The notes under the pieces are model-generated. The model saw nothing but the letters and a program-made list of their open reading frames with translations. It did no database searches and was not told the DNA's origin. The position numbers and the translations under genes are program-made. Below are positions 13,650 to 26,184 of a stretch of DNA of 64,000 nt, one piece after another. Source of the DNA: Bigelowiella natans CCMP2755 (Eukaryota; Protista; Cercozoa). Each line of letters opens with the position of its first letter. The first letter of the stretch is position 1. The stretch is from the NCBI GenBank assembly GCA_000320545.1, contig ADNK01002757.1, positions 50,012 through 114,011 on the forward strand. Direction: 5' to 3'.

Positions 13650-13826
13650 TGGTGAGCTCCACTTTGCGAGCCTCACGCACGACAGTTTTGGCGTTGCAAC
13701 CGACACGTTCCAGGGTTTTGGGTTGGCGGTGATCACAGCGGCGCGCAAAGCGCCAACACTGGAACAAACTGATGCAAGGCAATGCTCTGTGTGCGCTCCA
13801 TCAGGCCACAGCTCCAGAGCTAGCTA

Positions 13827-14272
13827 GCTGGGCTGAGCGTTGAGCTCAAGTCTGGAAGTGTTGAGATGCTCTCCAGCTCTGTGCAGCGCGCTGGCGCGAC
13901 GCTGCCGCTGGAGCAACGAACGCAGAAGTTTGGCAAAGAATCCCATTGGGCTCTGCTGGTCTGATCACAGACGTGTTCGAGCAGTTTGCGAAGCCAGCTC
14001 TGGAGCTTGATGACGATGCGATGCATGTTGGCGCAACGTGTGAGACCGCTCACTTGCGTGCGTGTGCGTTGATGCTTCACGGAGACTTTGAATTTCGCCG
14101 GAGCTGTGCACGTGCAGTCGTCAGCAGTGTGTCTCCAGTGCTGGAGTGCCACAGAGCGCCACAGAGTGTGAAATCGATGCTGGAACAATGTCGCCGCGCC
14201 GGCCTGACAAACCCAGCTAGCCAGAATGCACGCACGTGCGTGCAAGAACATCGGCGACTAAAGCAACACTGA
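13827..14272 (+). pseudogene. Possible mutated coding remnant inside island 2; family not recognised
   Basis: ITDVFEQFAKPALELDDDAMHVGATCETAHLRACALMLHGDFEFRRSCARAVVSSVSPVLECHRAP reads as protein-like. It has no Tyr, and His/Cys sit where Tyr would be plausible. Confidence 0.3.
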
Positions 14273-15166
14273 TGCTTTCAAACGTGTGTTAGCTAGATCC
14301 GTCTCACAAGAATTTTTTCAATTCATTGATCATTTGAGACCTCCCAACATTTTTTGTCGCCACCGCGCTCACATTCGGTGTTTTCTCAACATCTGAGCTT
14401 GACGCTTTGCCCCATAGATCAATTTTCAGCTGGCAGTGCATGTGACAGTGTTCATTCTGCTTGCATCAATGCTACAGAATGATTGTGGTGCATGACAAAT
14501 TTTCGTGCACACACACATGTCCGCAGCGCTGCCATTGTTACTTATACGACTACTGAAGCACTGTGCAATCATCCAAGCACAACATAATTAAACATGCAAT
14601 GAACTAAGATAAGGTAAAAATTCCGACCATTTGTTATCTACCGAAAACTTTTTTTCATTCTAGCTGAAGCATGTTAGTATTTACAATGAGAGTTTGTATT
14701 TTATGTCTCAATTTATCTCGGGTATTCCGGTGAGAAACTTTTTCTATTTATGATTCCAACCTCAGTGTGCCTTTCTTTTAAATTTTGTGGTATATTAATT
14801 ATTTTAGTGAGGGAATCGCACAATATTCTGTCATCTGACGAAATTATCTTTGTGTAAACCATCAAATAACTTAATATCTGGGCTGAACTAAGTTGAGTTA
14901 AGGAATTCTATTCAGTCAATTCTAAAAGATACTTCGTCTAATAATAACACAATGAAACATTTCGGGGTTGCTCGCTTTCCACACTAGATATTTAAGGGTG
15001 CTCCTTCAGGATTAATGTTCCTCTCAAAATAAAACTAAGAAATTACATTTCTAATCTGCGCAGAGAGTTTCGGTATTTGCTTGTACCTCAGTATTATGTG
15101 ACCATAAGCAGAGGGATGGGATTGTAGAGCGAGAACATTGGTAGGTACGAGAGGGAAGCTTTGGAT

Positions 15167-15832
15167 CTAGTATAAGTCATACTTCATCTTCATCACGTCA
15201 ACAGCTCCAGAATGTTTCTCTTGCTTCATCTGACATTTTTCCTCGGTCGAGGTTTTTCTGATTGCATTGTAAATAAATGCATCATCGAAACCAGCGTCAG
15301 CAGCATCCTTCGCCGTTGCACCATAGATACACACTGGAAGCTTTGCCCAATGGATAGCACCAAAGCACATGGGACAAGGTTCACACGTAGAATATATCTT
15401 GCAGTCTGATAAATCAAATTTGCCTAACTTTGCGCATGCCTTACGGATGCATGTGACCTCCGCATGAGCTGTGGGGTCGTTCGTCTGCAACACCATATTA
15501 TGTGCACGGGCGACAATTTTCCCGTTCTTATCAACGATGACTGCTCCAAAAGGGCCGCCTTCTCCACGCCTCACTCCTTCTTCTGCTTCCTTCACAGCCG
15601 TATCCATAAATAATTTAGCGGTTTTGTTCTCGGTTGCCTTATGTTAAACCAACAGTTAATGAAGAAAAAACAAACGCAGTGGAAAATCTATATTCTGAAA
15701 AACAGGAAAGGCTTGTAGAAAAATTATAGACTCTGAAGATATGAATAAGTTTTGTACCTCACAGGGCTTGCAAGTTTTAACGTTCAAGCTAGCTGCTCTC
15801 TTTGAAGAAGCTTCACTGGAGGTAGTCATCAT
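15167..15832 (-). CDS. Guanosine/guanine deaminase (GSDA/GuaD-like, cytidine deaminase superfamily)
   Basis: GGPFGAVIV, HNMVLQTNDPTAHAEV, CEPCPMCFGAIHW, AADAGFDD and a C-terminal Tyr match plant GSDA and B. subtilis GuaD. First exon MMTTSSE...CKPCE, then intron ~15638-15757. Confidence 0.9.
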
Positions 15833-16958
15833 TGTGATATGTTTTGTTTTGTTATGGTTTGGAGAATGTCCTCGTCTTCGTCATTCCCGCTCTGGCGGTT
15901 AGTGCACGTGGATTAACTTTTCAAATTGTGCAAGGGCATTTTAGATTACGCGTCATGATTATAGAAGCTATGTTTCATAAAATCTTCCTTGATTTCAATG
16001 AAAAGAATTAAAAATCTGCACACTTGAACACCTATACTACGTATTATCAGACATTTAAACAATTAGTTTCTTTGTACTATACGACAATTTTGTTATTTTT
16101 AAGTCATCATAGTTTAATTATTATACTTGTTTCAGTCCATATCTTCAAAAAGTTGAAAGACATTTTCAATTTTAGCAAACTGAATTTGCTGGTATTTCAA
16201 TCAGATGCGTCGCCCGGAAGAGCTGAAAAGCCACAAATATCAAGATTTTCACATCAAATAGGCACAAAATCGATAAAATTATGATTAATATATGCTAGGT
16301 GGGAAATCAAGCTATCCGACAAGGGATTAGAGCTGACTTTGTCTTATTTAAAAATAGGTAAATAATACCGGGACTACTTGAGGTTTGTGTGGAAAGAATA
16401 TCTCTAGTGAAACTCTAGAGAGGTTTTGTTGTTGAAGTGACAATAGTTCTGATGTTATTTTGTCGGCCGTCAGTTTCTTCAATGCATTAAAAAATGCAAG
16501 TTGCGTAAACCACCTCGAAAAAAATGGTAAAATAATCAGAAATATTTATATTATATATGTCGTTTATTAAAAATATATTGAAAATATTTGGTATTAGAAT
16601 TATAATTTATAAAAATTATTTCTTGTAAACTAGTTGGAATCCGTTTTTGCGGCAGTTTTTCAACTTGAGGTAGGGCTTTCCAAATAGAGTGTACGACAAT
16701 ATTATTTCTAAGTCGTATTCTATAATTGTAGAAGGTTATTTCACATTTTCTGATTCTGATCGAGGGGAAGAAACCAACGCAGCGAACTCATCCCAAACAT
16801 CAACCATAAACCAAACATCAAGAGTGGTAGCTACTCTCTACAATGCTATTCCCACTCTCCTGTTCCCCGCTCCTATGATATTTTTATTTTTCACTGGTCA
16901 TTCAATCATGAGCTAATGTTATACTTTGCGCAATAACAACAGAGAGTTTAACTGCATC

Positions 16959-18302
16959 ATGCGCGAAATCGTTCATATCCAAGGAGGTCAGTGCGGTAAC
17001 CAGATCGGTTCCAAGTTTTGGGAAGTTGTTTCCGATGAGCATGGAGTCGACCCTACTGGTACCTATCAGGGAGAGTCCGATCTCCAACTCGAGCGTATCA
17101 ACGTTTACTACAACGAAGCTACCGGTGGCCGCTACGTTCCTCGTGCTGTTCTGATGGATCTTGAGCCTGGAACCATGGACTCTGTCCGTGCTGGACCCTT
17201 TGGTCAGATCTTCCGTCCTGATAACTTCGTTTTCGGACAATCCGGAGCTGGTAACAACTGGGCTAAAGGGCACTATACTGAAGGAGCTGAACTTATCGAC
17301 TCCGTCTTGGACGTAGTTCGTAAGGAAGCTGAGTCTTGCGACTGCCTTCAGGGATTTCAGCTTACCCACTCTCTTGGAGGTGGTACTGGATCTGGTATGG
17401 GTACCCTTCTTGTTTCCAAGATCCGAGAGGAATACCCAGACCGGATGATGTGCACGTTTTCCGTCTTCCCATCTCCTAAGGTTTCTGATACCGTCGTTGA
17501 GCCTTACAACGCTGTCTTGTCTTTCCACCAGCTTGTCGAAAACTCCGATGAGTGCTTTGGACTTGACAACGAAGCCCTGTACGATATCTGCTTCCGTACC
17601 CTTAAGCTGACTACCCCTACATACGGAGACCTTAACCACCTTGTTTCCGCTGCTATGTCCGGAGTTACATGCTGCCTTCGTTTCCCTGGTCAGCTCAACG
17701 CTGACCTCCGAAAGCTTGCTGTAAACTTGATTCCTTTCCCACGTCTGCACTTCTTCATCACCGGTTTCGCTCCTCTCACCTCTCGTGGATCCCAGCAATA
17801 CCGTGCTCTTACTGTTCCAGAGCTTACCCAGCAGATGTTCGATGCTAAGAACATGATGTGCGCTTCTGATCCTCGTCATGGTCGTTACCTCACTGCAGCT
17901 GCTATGTTCCGTGGACGTATGTCCACCAAAGAAGTCGATGAGCAAATGCTCAATGTTCAGAACAAGAACTCTTCGTACTTCGTTGAATGGATCCCTAACA
18001 ACATCAAGTCCGCTGTTTGTGACATCCCTCCTAAGGGTCTCAAGATGTCCACCACCTTCGTAGGAAACTCTACCTGCATCCAAGAGATGTTCCAGCGTGT
18101 TTCTGCACAGTTCACCATGATGTTCCGTCGTAAGGCTTTCCTCCACTGGTACACCGGTGAGGGTATGGACGAGATGGAGTTCACCGAGGCAGAGTCCAAC
18201 ATGAACGACCTCGTGTCTGAGTACCAGCAGTACCAAGAGGCAAGCGCTAACGACGATGATGGAGAAGGAGGAGATGAGGATGGAGAAGACGAGAAGGAAT
18301 AG
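16959..18302 (+). CDS. TUBB: Beta-tubulin, intronless CDS
   Basis: [17 protein letters not shown] start, GGGTGSG signature, acidic C-terminal tail. True ATG is at 16959. Confidence 0.99.
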   Translation: MREIVHIQGGQCGNQIGSKFWEVVSDEHGVDPTGTYQGESDLQLERINVYYNEATGGRYVPRAVLMDLEPGTMDSVRAGPFGQIFRPDNFVFGQSGAGNNWAKGHYTEGAELIDSVLDVVRKEAESCDCLQGFQLTHSLGGGTGSGMGTLLVSKIREEYPDRMMCTFSVFPSPKVSDTVVEPYNAVLSFHQLVENSDECFGLDNEALYDICFRTLKLTTPTYGDLNHLVSAAMSGVTCCLRFPGQLNADLRKLAVNLIPFPRLHFFITGFAPLTSRGSQQYRALTVPELTQQMFDAKNMMCASDPRHGRYLTAAAMFRGRMSTKEVDEQMLNVQNKNSSYFVEWIPNNIKSAVCDIPPKGLKMSTTFVGNSTCIQEMFQRVSAQFTMMFRRKAFLHWYTGEGMDEMEFTEAESNMNDLVSEYQQYQEASANDDDGEGGDEDGEDEKE

Positions 18303-18329
18303 AGGAATAAAGCTCAAAGAATTTTTTTT

Positions 18330-20200
18330 TGTCATCATGCGTTGCCTAGATGCTCTCGTGCGTTTGCAACTGTTGTTCCCGCAACCTTGACCTATGTCAT
18401 GTTCAACAATCGCTACAGTGCATTGTTCCTGTTTCGGAAATGACACAATGAAGCACGATGCGAGCATTTCATCATGCAGTGTGACAATTTTTTGATCGGC
18501 TGAACACACGTAAACTCAAGGAATATGTGCTAACTTCACACTCGAGTGTGTTTGCTCCCATCGGTATGATGGACATGCAACATGATGCACACATTGCATG
18601 TGCACCATGTTGCTGTGTCCATTGCAAGTATATATGGACATTATGTATAAGTAGCGACTATATCCATGTTCATGCACATGAAGGATCTGCGCCACAATGA
18701 TATGATGACTTGGTAAGACGCGCGCAATTTCACACAACCACATCGAGGCCAAATAACCCGGTCTGTCACAAATGGGTTTTGCATGTTTGCAGAGCGCTTC
18801 AAGTGCACTTTTTGCGTGAAATTCGTCCGCAACCGTCACAAAACACTTTCTGAGTCGGCAGAATGTGGAAAAAATGATAAAATTCAAAATCCCAGCTCAA
18901 AAACCTCGATTTTTTTGCTGACGACCCCTCACTGCGGGCGCTGCGGAGAAAATTCTCACGTTTTTGGTCACACGCGTGCAGCCGACGCGCGTGTGCAATG
19001 CGAGCAAGTGAGGACGTGTCCTGTTTGCAATGGAAGTGGCCCCATGCTGGCATCGCATGGACAGCCGGAAGCGCGATGCTCATGATCAAATGTGAAAATT
19101 GATCGAAATGGCGATGCGCTCAAATTTTGAAATTGGGGCATCACTACCACATGCATGCACAGCCACAGGACACACTCGACGTGCTGTCATGATTGCAGAT
19201 GGGTTTTGACGCATTGGAGACACTGCGCAACTGGTTTTCGGTCATCAAAGGCGATTGGTCGTGTGCAAACGCGCGCGCGCAAAATTTGCATTCAAAAGGC
19301 GCACACACGCGGCGCGTGGTGCAAGGAAGCGCGGGGCAAGGACAAAGGGGATCGAGCAGAAGTCGCACCTGCTCGGGGGGGGGGGGGGTGAATGCGAATG
19401 AAAAAAATTCAACTGCGTGTGCCAAAAGTTTTCAAAGACCCCTGCTTGACATCTGAATCGAGTTTGCGCGCGCGAACGCAAAAATGCGTCAATTTTTTTT
19501 TCAATTTTCGTGAAGTTGCGACCGGTTTGGCCTGGATGTGACAAGGGAGTTTTCTCGGCAACCAGATCTAGAGATGTCGGTTGGAGCACGACAGGAGCTG
19601 ATGAGGTTGGGCACAATGCGAACACCATGCACGGTTGCGCATGTTCTTCATTGGCGGAACACTTGCGCAATCATGCAATCCGCCTAGTTGTGACGTGTGC
19701 GCGCATCCGTCTAGCTCATCCGCTGCAGCGAAAGCTCATCATTTGTGCACACACTCATCATTGCCTGTCCACATGCAGCCTCAAATGGCCATGGAGCGCA
19801 CCGAGTCAAAAGCACACATGTTCTCTGAGACACATGTGGTCAAAAAGCAATCCATGTAGTCATTGCATCTAGCTAGCTGTGCTAGCATTCATGCTGTAGT
19901 GCAATGCAAAGATGTGCGTTCGGTCGGGCGCTAGCTATGTGGGCTAGCTTGTTCGGGCGAGTAATTGCGTTGCTGCGATGCGCTGCTGCACACATCATGG
20001 CATGCACATGCACACACTGTATCTTCACAATTTACGGTTTCTAGCCACAGCCATAACTGCACACACATGTCTACGACATCTAGACATGTCATCATGCTCA
20101 TTCTAATGTGTCTCCCGGCCGCAAATAAAGCGAACCACGCACGTACACTCTCTCGCTTGTATGTGTAACAACAACATGCATTGTAGCTTCAATAATGCAC
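18330..20200. other. Island 3: TpA-depleted decayed repeat region with a CTAG-rich margin
   Basis: 4 TA counted in ~18880-19850, 3 of them in CTAG. gctagc runs at 19860-19950. Lies between convergent TUBB and NAA50. Confidence 0.85.
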
Positions 20201-20300
20201 TAAGCACTTAGCTGACTAATTGAGTTTTGAAAATGAAATAAACCATGAAACAGTACGATACTAGCACAGTTGCGCAACTGCAGATAGACAGTAAAATATT

Positions 20301-21952
20301 TTATTCCTTTACTTCACGGTCTTCATCATTTTTTTCTTCTGAAGAGCCTTTGATTTCTTCCTTCTTGTTGTCTTCTTTCTCCCCCCCTTCAGAATCAAGT
20401 CGATCCTCTTCAAGAGGCGTAGGTTTTCTAGATAGGACGTAGCCATGAGGTGGATCGATTTTTCTGTAATAATTTTCCTTCTTTTCTATGATTTCGAAGC
20501 CAAATCGCTTGTAGAAATTGATAGCTGCTTCATTGCTTATCTGAAAGGCACATTTTGAGAGCATAAGGAGAGAAATTGGAAAATAGCTACTGATTGATTT
20601 GCTACCGGTAATGAGCAACCGATGGCAAATAAATATTAAAGCCCTCTTCTTCATGGGAAATAAACGGAAAGAAAGCCCTCTTCTTCATGGGAAAGAAACG
20701 GAAAGAACGCAAGAGTAAAACAGGGAATGTAGCATGCAAAAATGGATGTCTTAGATTTTAAGTAAAAACAGAAACTCAATGCTGAAGAGTCTGTCATCTT
20801 TGGATCACATTGCATGGGAGTCTTTTTCTCCTCACCTGGACATGTAAGTATATATCTTGGATGTCTTTCAATGTAGCAACCACTTTAATCAAACTCTTCA
20901 ACATACGTGTTCCTAAGTAAATATTACGATCAATTATCAATCATTAACGACTTGCAATATTAATGGCGAATGGATAAAATGACAATCCATCTCAACAGTT
21001 CATTGTCTTAGAGTCACCACTACCATTATAAACACGCTGCTGCTGCTGCTGCTGCTGCTGAAAGGTAATACTAAGTAGATCCATACGGTAGATTCACTAC
21101 TACTACTACTACACTAATACTGGAGATTATTTTCCTTCTTCTTCTTCTACTACTACTACTACTACTACTAGCGATGTCTGGTAGATTCTTTTCCTTCTTC
21201 TTCTTCTTCTTCTTCTTCTTCTTCTACTACTACTACTACTACTACTACTAATACAACTACTAGTACCGATGCCGTAGTTCCGGTAGGGTTTCAATACTCC
21301 AAACGTCATAATGTAGACCCTTCGTAGTCCACCACCGCTCGTTGGCGTTGTAGATGTAGTATTTGCATTTTGTTGTGGCTTCTCGAAGCGACAGCAAATT
21401 GCACCAACGAGCATATCACTTACATATACCATCTTTGTGATATCCTTGAGTTCCTCCTTGACCACATCTTTGTAGAAACTATCGGTGTACGTAACCGGCA
21501 AGATGTTCTGGTTAAGACATCTGTAGATTACAACAAACAACTTGATCAATTAATTATTGGTTGTTGGGCATCATGAGAATGATACAGTCCTCCATTATTA
21601 CGAAGATGATCACAATTGTTGAAGAATCATCGCATCGACAATGTATATATAGGCTGATAAAAGAGATACCCTATCTACAAACATTGTTTATTTCAAACAT
21701 AAATGATACTTATAGTGTTCTTTTCCAAGTAGCTAGCAGCTGCTACATTTATACACACTACTATCACCTGAGTTGCCCAACATTATTTACAGTAACATCT
21801 GTAGTATATGTCCGAATGCCCTAATAATAATAAAAATTATAATAATATTAATAATAAAAGTGATATCAATTAGCTTTGTCATAGTCATGATAGTATATTC
21901 AGTGACAAGGGTAGTTACGGAGTCTAGATTGACTGCGGAAATTAGACCGAAT

Positions 21953-21986
<34 letters not shown>

Positions 21987-22196
21987 CTTTGCCGCGTACT
22001 CAACAGCAGAGTTACGGGGGGGAGGTATATAACAATGCCAAATGTTTCATTGCTGATACTTTTACTAGATGGCTCCAAGAATTCTCCGATATAATTTCAT
22101 TACAAAATGAACAACATGGTTGTTTTCCGGATTAAAAATAGATATTACTACAACCGCTTTCTTGCGTTCGTTTAGGTCTTCAGAGGGAGCTTCCAT
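20301..22196 (-). CDS. NAA50: N-alpha-acetyltransferase 50 (NatE catalytic subunit, GNAT family), multi-exon
   Basis: [11 protein letters not shown]|[49 protein letters not shown]|[32 protein letters not shown]. Confidence 0.9.
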
Positions 22197-22886
22197 TGGA
22201 TGCTGCTTTGACTTAGTCGATTACCCGATCAAATCTATAATATCATTGGTATCATCATTTACAACGAGGATTTTAACCTCTCCATTTTCGCAGTACTATC
22301 CAATACAGTTACATTCCTTAATTCAACGAAAGGAATTTGGCACGGGGCAATCAGACAACATGTTATCAGATAATGATTGATATGAAGGCAGGTGGTGATT
22401 CATAGGGTTCTTGGAATATATTAGCAAATTGGTGGTGGAAGGGATAGTCATTAAAGATTGTTGTATTTCTGTTTCTACCGCCTGCCCGAGTAGATTGCCT
22501 TCTTCTTCTTCCTCGTCTCAAATGAGGGGGAGGAAGCTACGAGCAATTGGAGAACTCCGTCCGCACAAAATGAATAATTAAACGATGCTGATACGACGAT
22601 TTTATTACAAAATACAGGCTATTCTCATGAAAATTATTCTCCTTTTATTGTCGTTATATATCCTTATCCAACACTTTTTCAACTGCGAATTATGACCTAA
22701 GAAAATTGTCCGAAAATGTTTGACAGTGACAACACTAATAACAACAAATAATAAGAATACTACAGTCACATGGTTGCGTTGGTCTTTCATTATTAGTACA
22801 AGGAGATACCTCCTCCTCCATTATCATTACCTCCATCATGCTGCTTCTTCCACACCTTTATCATTAGAGGACTCTCCCAACGAATC

Positions 22887-24092
22887 ATGCAGCTGCTTCA
22901 ACGACTTCTGTCTGAGAGGAGCAAAATACTTTTCTCACTAGTTTTGATCTGCACAATCCAGGTAATAATTACCATCATACCCTCCTCTTCCTTTACTTTT
23001 ATCTTACTATCCCGAACAATGCGGCCGCGCCTTCTCAGTATTTTGTTGCGTATACTATACCATTTGCTGGACAATGAGATCTCGAAGAGAACCTTTAAAT
23101 TTTATTCCTTTTTCCCCAAAAACGTACGTGACAAATATCAATTTATGACGATGAACAGGCTTGGAATAATTACTACAAGGAGTCCTCCTCCTTAAAAGTG
23201 ATTACTACATTGTTCGAGACTACTGATAGTAGTCTTACCACCACTACTACCACTTCTACAGCTAGTAGTAGTAGTGGAAAAGACAATAAAGAAAGGAAAA
23301 GAGGAGGGAAAGAAAGCAGCATAGCAATCTCCCAATCATCACTGCCACACAAAATAGACGAAGATCAAGTGCCTCTACTTCGCTCCGCCCATTCGTCGTT
23401 TCCTAAGAGTACGATGAAAAATAGGTATGCATGTTTTCTTCCACTTCTTGGAGGATAATAAGAAGTACTAGTTCAGTATAAGTAGTTAGTAGTGTAGCAG
23501 GTTATCATTAGAAGTATTAATATTGTTATCAAGCAAGGAAACTATTTCATTCAGCAGCAGATTATAATAATAACCAGAGTAACATTGCTTTCATTTTCAT
23601 ATGAAGACGACTCATAATAGTACCATCAGTTGTGATAATGTTGTAAATAATGATATCTTACATTTCTATATTATTCGTTGATCATATCATTATAAGCTGC
23701 TGCATAGCAAAGAACTCTTTCCTTTCCAAATATCCATGTTTCTTTCAATTATATATTTTCCAAGTGAATTATAGCCGATTGTTGTTAGAGATATTATGCT
23801 GGTTGACTTATAGAAGCAAGCACACATTATTTTTTATCATCTTCATAATCATCATCAGCAGTAGCAGCAGCAGTAGCAGCAAGGTTGTTCCTACTCCCCG
23901 TTTGGGTATCCTCCTCCTTGGTCTAGGAATTCGTGATTCCGATGTTCCGTCTGGACATTATAATATTAGTGCGGAAGAAACAGCAAAGATATGTAAGGAG
24001 ATGTTTAGTCGGCATGTTGTCAATCCAGCCAAAAATGTTGGTTATGAGGTGGATTTTTTCGCTCACTCTTGGAATCCGGAAGCAGGTACCCT

Positions 24093-24129
<37 letters not shown>

Positions 24130-24942
24130 GAGGAGGAGGAGGAGGAGGAGGAGGAGGAGGAGGAAGAAGAGAACATGTAGTAGTAATAGCAATATTGGTG
24201 GATGTCATCTATTTGATATAACGAAGATGAAGAAGAAGACAAAGTGGGGAAGGAAAAAACCTAATTGTTGTATTATGTGTTTCTTTCTTTCTGATGAGTC
24301 CTTATCTGCTTGTTACCGTGCACTAACTTCAACGTCTCGTTTGATATTATATAAATTTGTTAGAAGAATCGATGAATCGGTTATTCAAACCTGTAAAGAG
24401 CATTTACGAAAAATACACTGGACCTCGATCGAAGCCTGGTTTCATGGAATGGATGGTGGGTTGAGAGAGCAATATAATATATAATAACAATAGTATCAAT
24501 GATCTCCATAGCTCTACTGTAACATATACCAATTATAAAAATTACTAAAGGATTGGAGACCCGAACATTTCTATGATCTTGAAGAAGGTGTCTCTATGGT
24601 TTCACGGTAGCATTATTTATAACCGACGGTGGTGGTGTTGAACATCATAGATAGAAAAGGAAGAGGAAAATGCGAAAATGAGGAAGAAGAAGAAGATGAT
24701 GATGAAGAAAATAATATAACGATGTCTGATAAATTTTTCACATAAATAACTATATATTTATTATGGTTATGATGATGATGATGACTATTATCATTATTAT
24801 ATGATGATGATCAGTGGGTAGGATAATGATGATGACGATAACAATGACGATGATAATGAATGAGTGGTGGCTATACATACTGATATGCACACTGTCCAGA
24901 ATGCAACGTATCAATTATAACAAACAATAACCGCTCATATAA

Positions 24943-24977
<35 letters not shown>

Positions 24978-25854
24978 GAGCTGCAGAGAACTATATCATC
25001 ATCATGATATATTATTATTATTATTATTATTATTATAATTAATAAGAATAATCATAAATAATAGTTATGCGGAAGAAAACGAGCTCAATTACGAATGGAT
25101 TTTGGTTACAAGATTTGACGCTGTATGTATGCATTATGTGTGGTGTAGTAATACTATAACATGTTATCAGTTAATAGATTCTTACTACTAACATATTTAC
25201 TACGGTTGATTATTTACATATATAAGTACTATAAGTGATATTAATAGATTATCTCTCGAATATCCTCGTTTTGAAATAGTCTTGTAATTATGATAAGAAC
25301 GTACGTACGTACGTACCTACAAATGTCAAAATTCTTATTCCTTATTATTCTTCTCCTTCTCTCTCTCCCTCTCTCTCTCTCCCTCTCCCTCTCGCTGTGT
25401 GTGTGTGTGCGTGTTTCATTATCTTATCATGATCATCAGGTATTCTTCTCCAAACTTCGGTTGGATGTGCTCGATAGTAGGAAGTTTTATGTCTCAAATT
25501 GGTGTACATTGGGGAAAAACACTCCTGTTTTTGAGGGAGAGGATAAAACTTGCTACCCACTCATGCCATTCTTCGTCGAGAGAAAAGGAGCAATACCCGA
25601 CTTTTTCTCTCTTGCAAGCCTAGACCTCACTAAAAAGGTGGTGGTTGCTGCTTAGGGCATTCATATAATAAAAATAAATAAATAAATAATAATAATAATA
25701 ATATCATAAGGAGTCACTGTGTGCCTTTTGCAAAACTATTGATCCCCCTCCCTCCCCTCCCCATTCCTTCCTGGTTTATGTTTCCTTCCATGCCCCACTC
25801 CTCGCATCCACTCTTTCATGTATTCATAGTTTTTTGGGCAGAGAGGATAAATAG

Positions 25855-25908
<54 letters not shown>

Positions 25909-26147
25909 TGCATGTATCTTTTGCATGAAAGTTAGTTATACTATGATGTACTAAAATTGAATTCGTATGTTCTTTCTTTTCTCCTTCTTCTCCTTCTTCT
26001 TCTTCTTCTTCTAAATCCTTGTTGTGTATGCTAAGGTGTACATTGGACTAATTGAAGCTAAGAAGAAAGGAAGTTTAATACAGTATGTAGTGTTATTATT
26101 ATGAGCATTGTTATCATTATTTATTTATCTATTTCTAAGTAGTAATC

Positions 26148-26184
<37 letters not shown>

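Larger units (their letters stand above)
10950..14560. other. Island 2: TpA-depleted decayed repeat/transposon region
   Basis: Only 7 TA dinucleotides counted in 10951-14250, 6 of them in CTAG. Contains inverted and direct repeats. Tyr-free overlapping ORFs occur in all frames. Confidence 0.9.

Noticed and set aside
10852-13827. Dozens of overlapping ORFs in the TpA-free islands (also 18500-20170, 47580-49510, 63360-63990) as genes
   Set aside because: Explained by loss of TAA/TAG stops. No domain motifs and no transposase or reverse transcriptase signature recognised.
10951-14250. Classical RIP or CpG-methylation decay as the cause of the islands
   Set aside because: RIP increases TpA and methyl-C decay depletes CpG. 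Here TpA is missing and CpG is plentiful.
15167-15832. Deaminase next to island 2 as the enzyme causing A->G changes
   Set aside because: It shares the TadA fold, but its motifs (HNMVL..DPTAHAE, GFDD, terminal Tyr) match free-nucleoside guanosine/guanine deaminases. Islands also occur far from it, so adjacency is probably coincidental.
16902-18509. 535-aa antisense ORF over beta-tubulin
   Set aside because: Shadow ORF from the biased codon usage of a highly expressed gene; no recognisable protein features.
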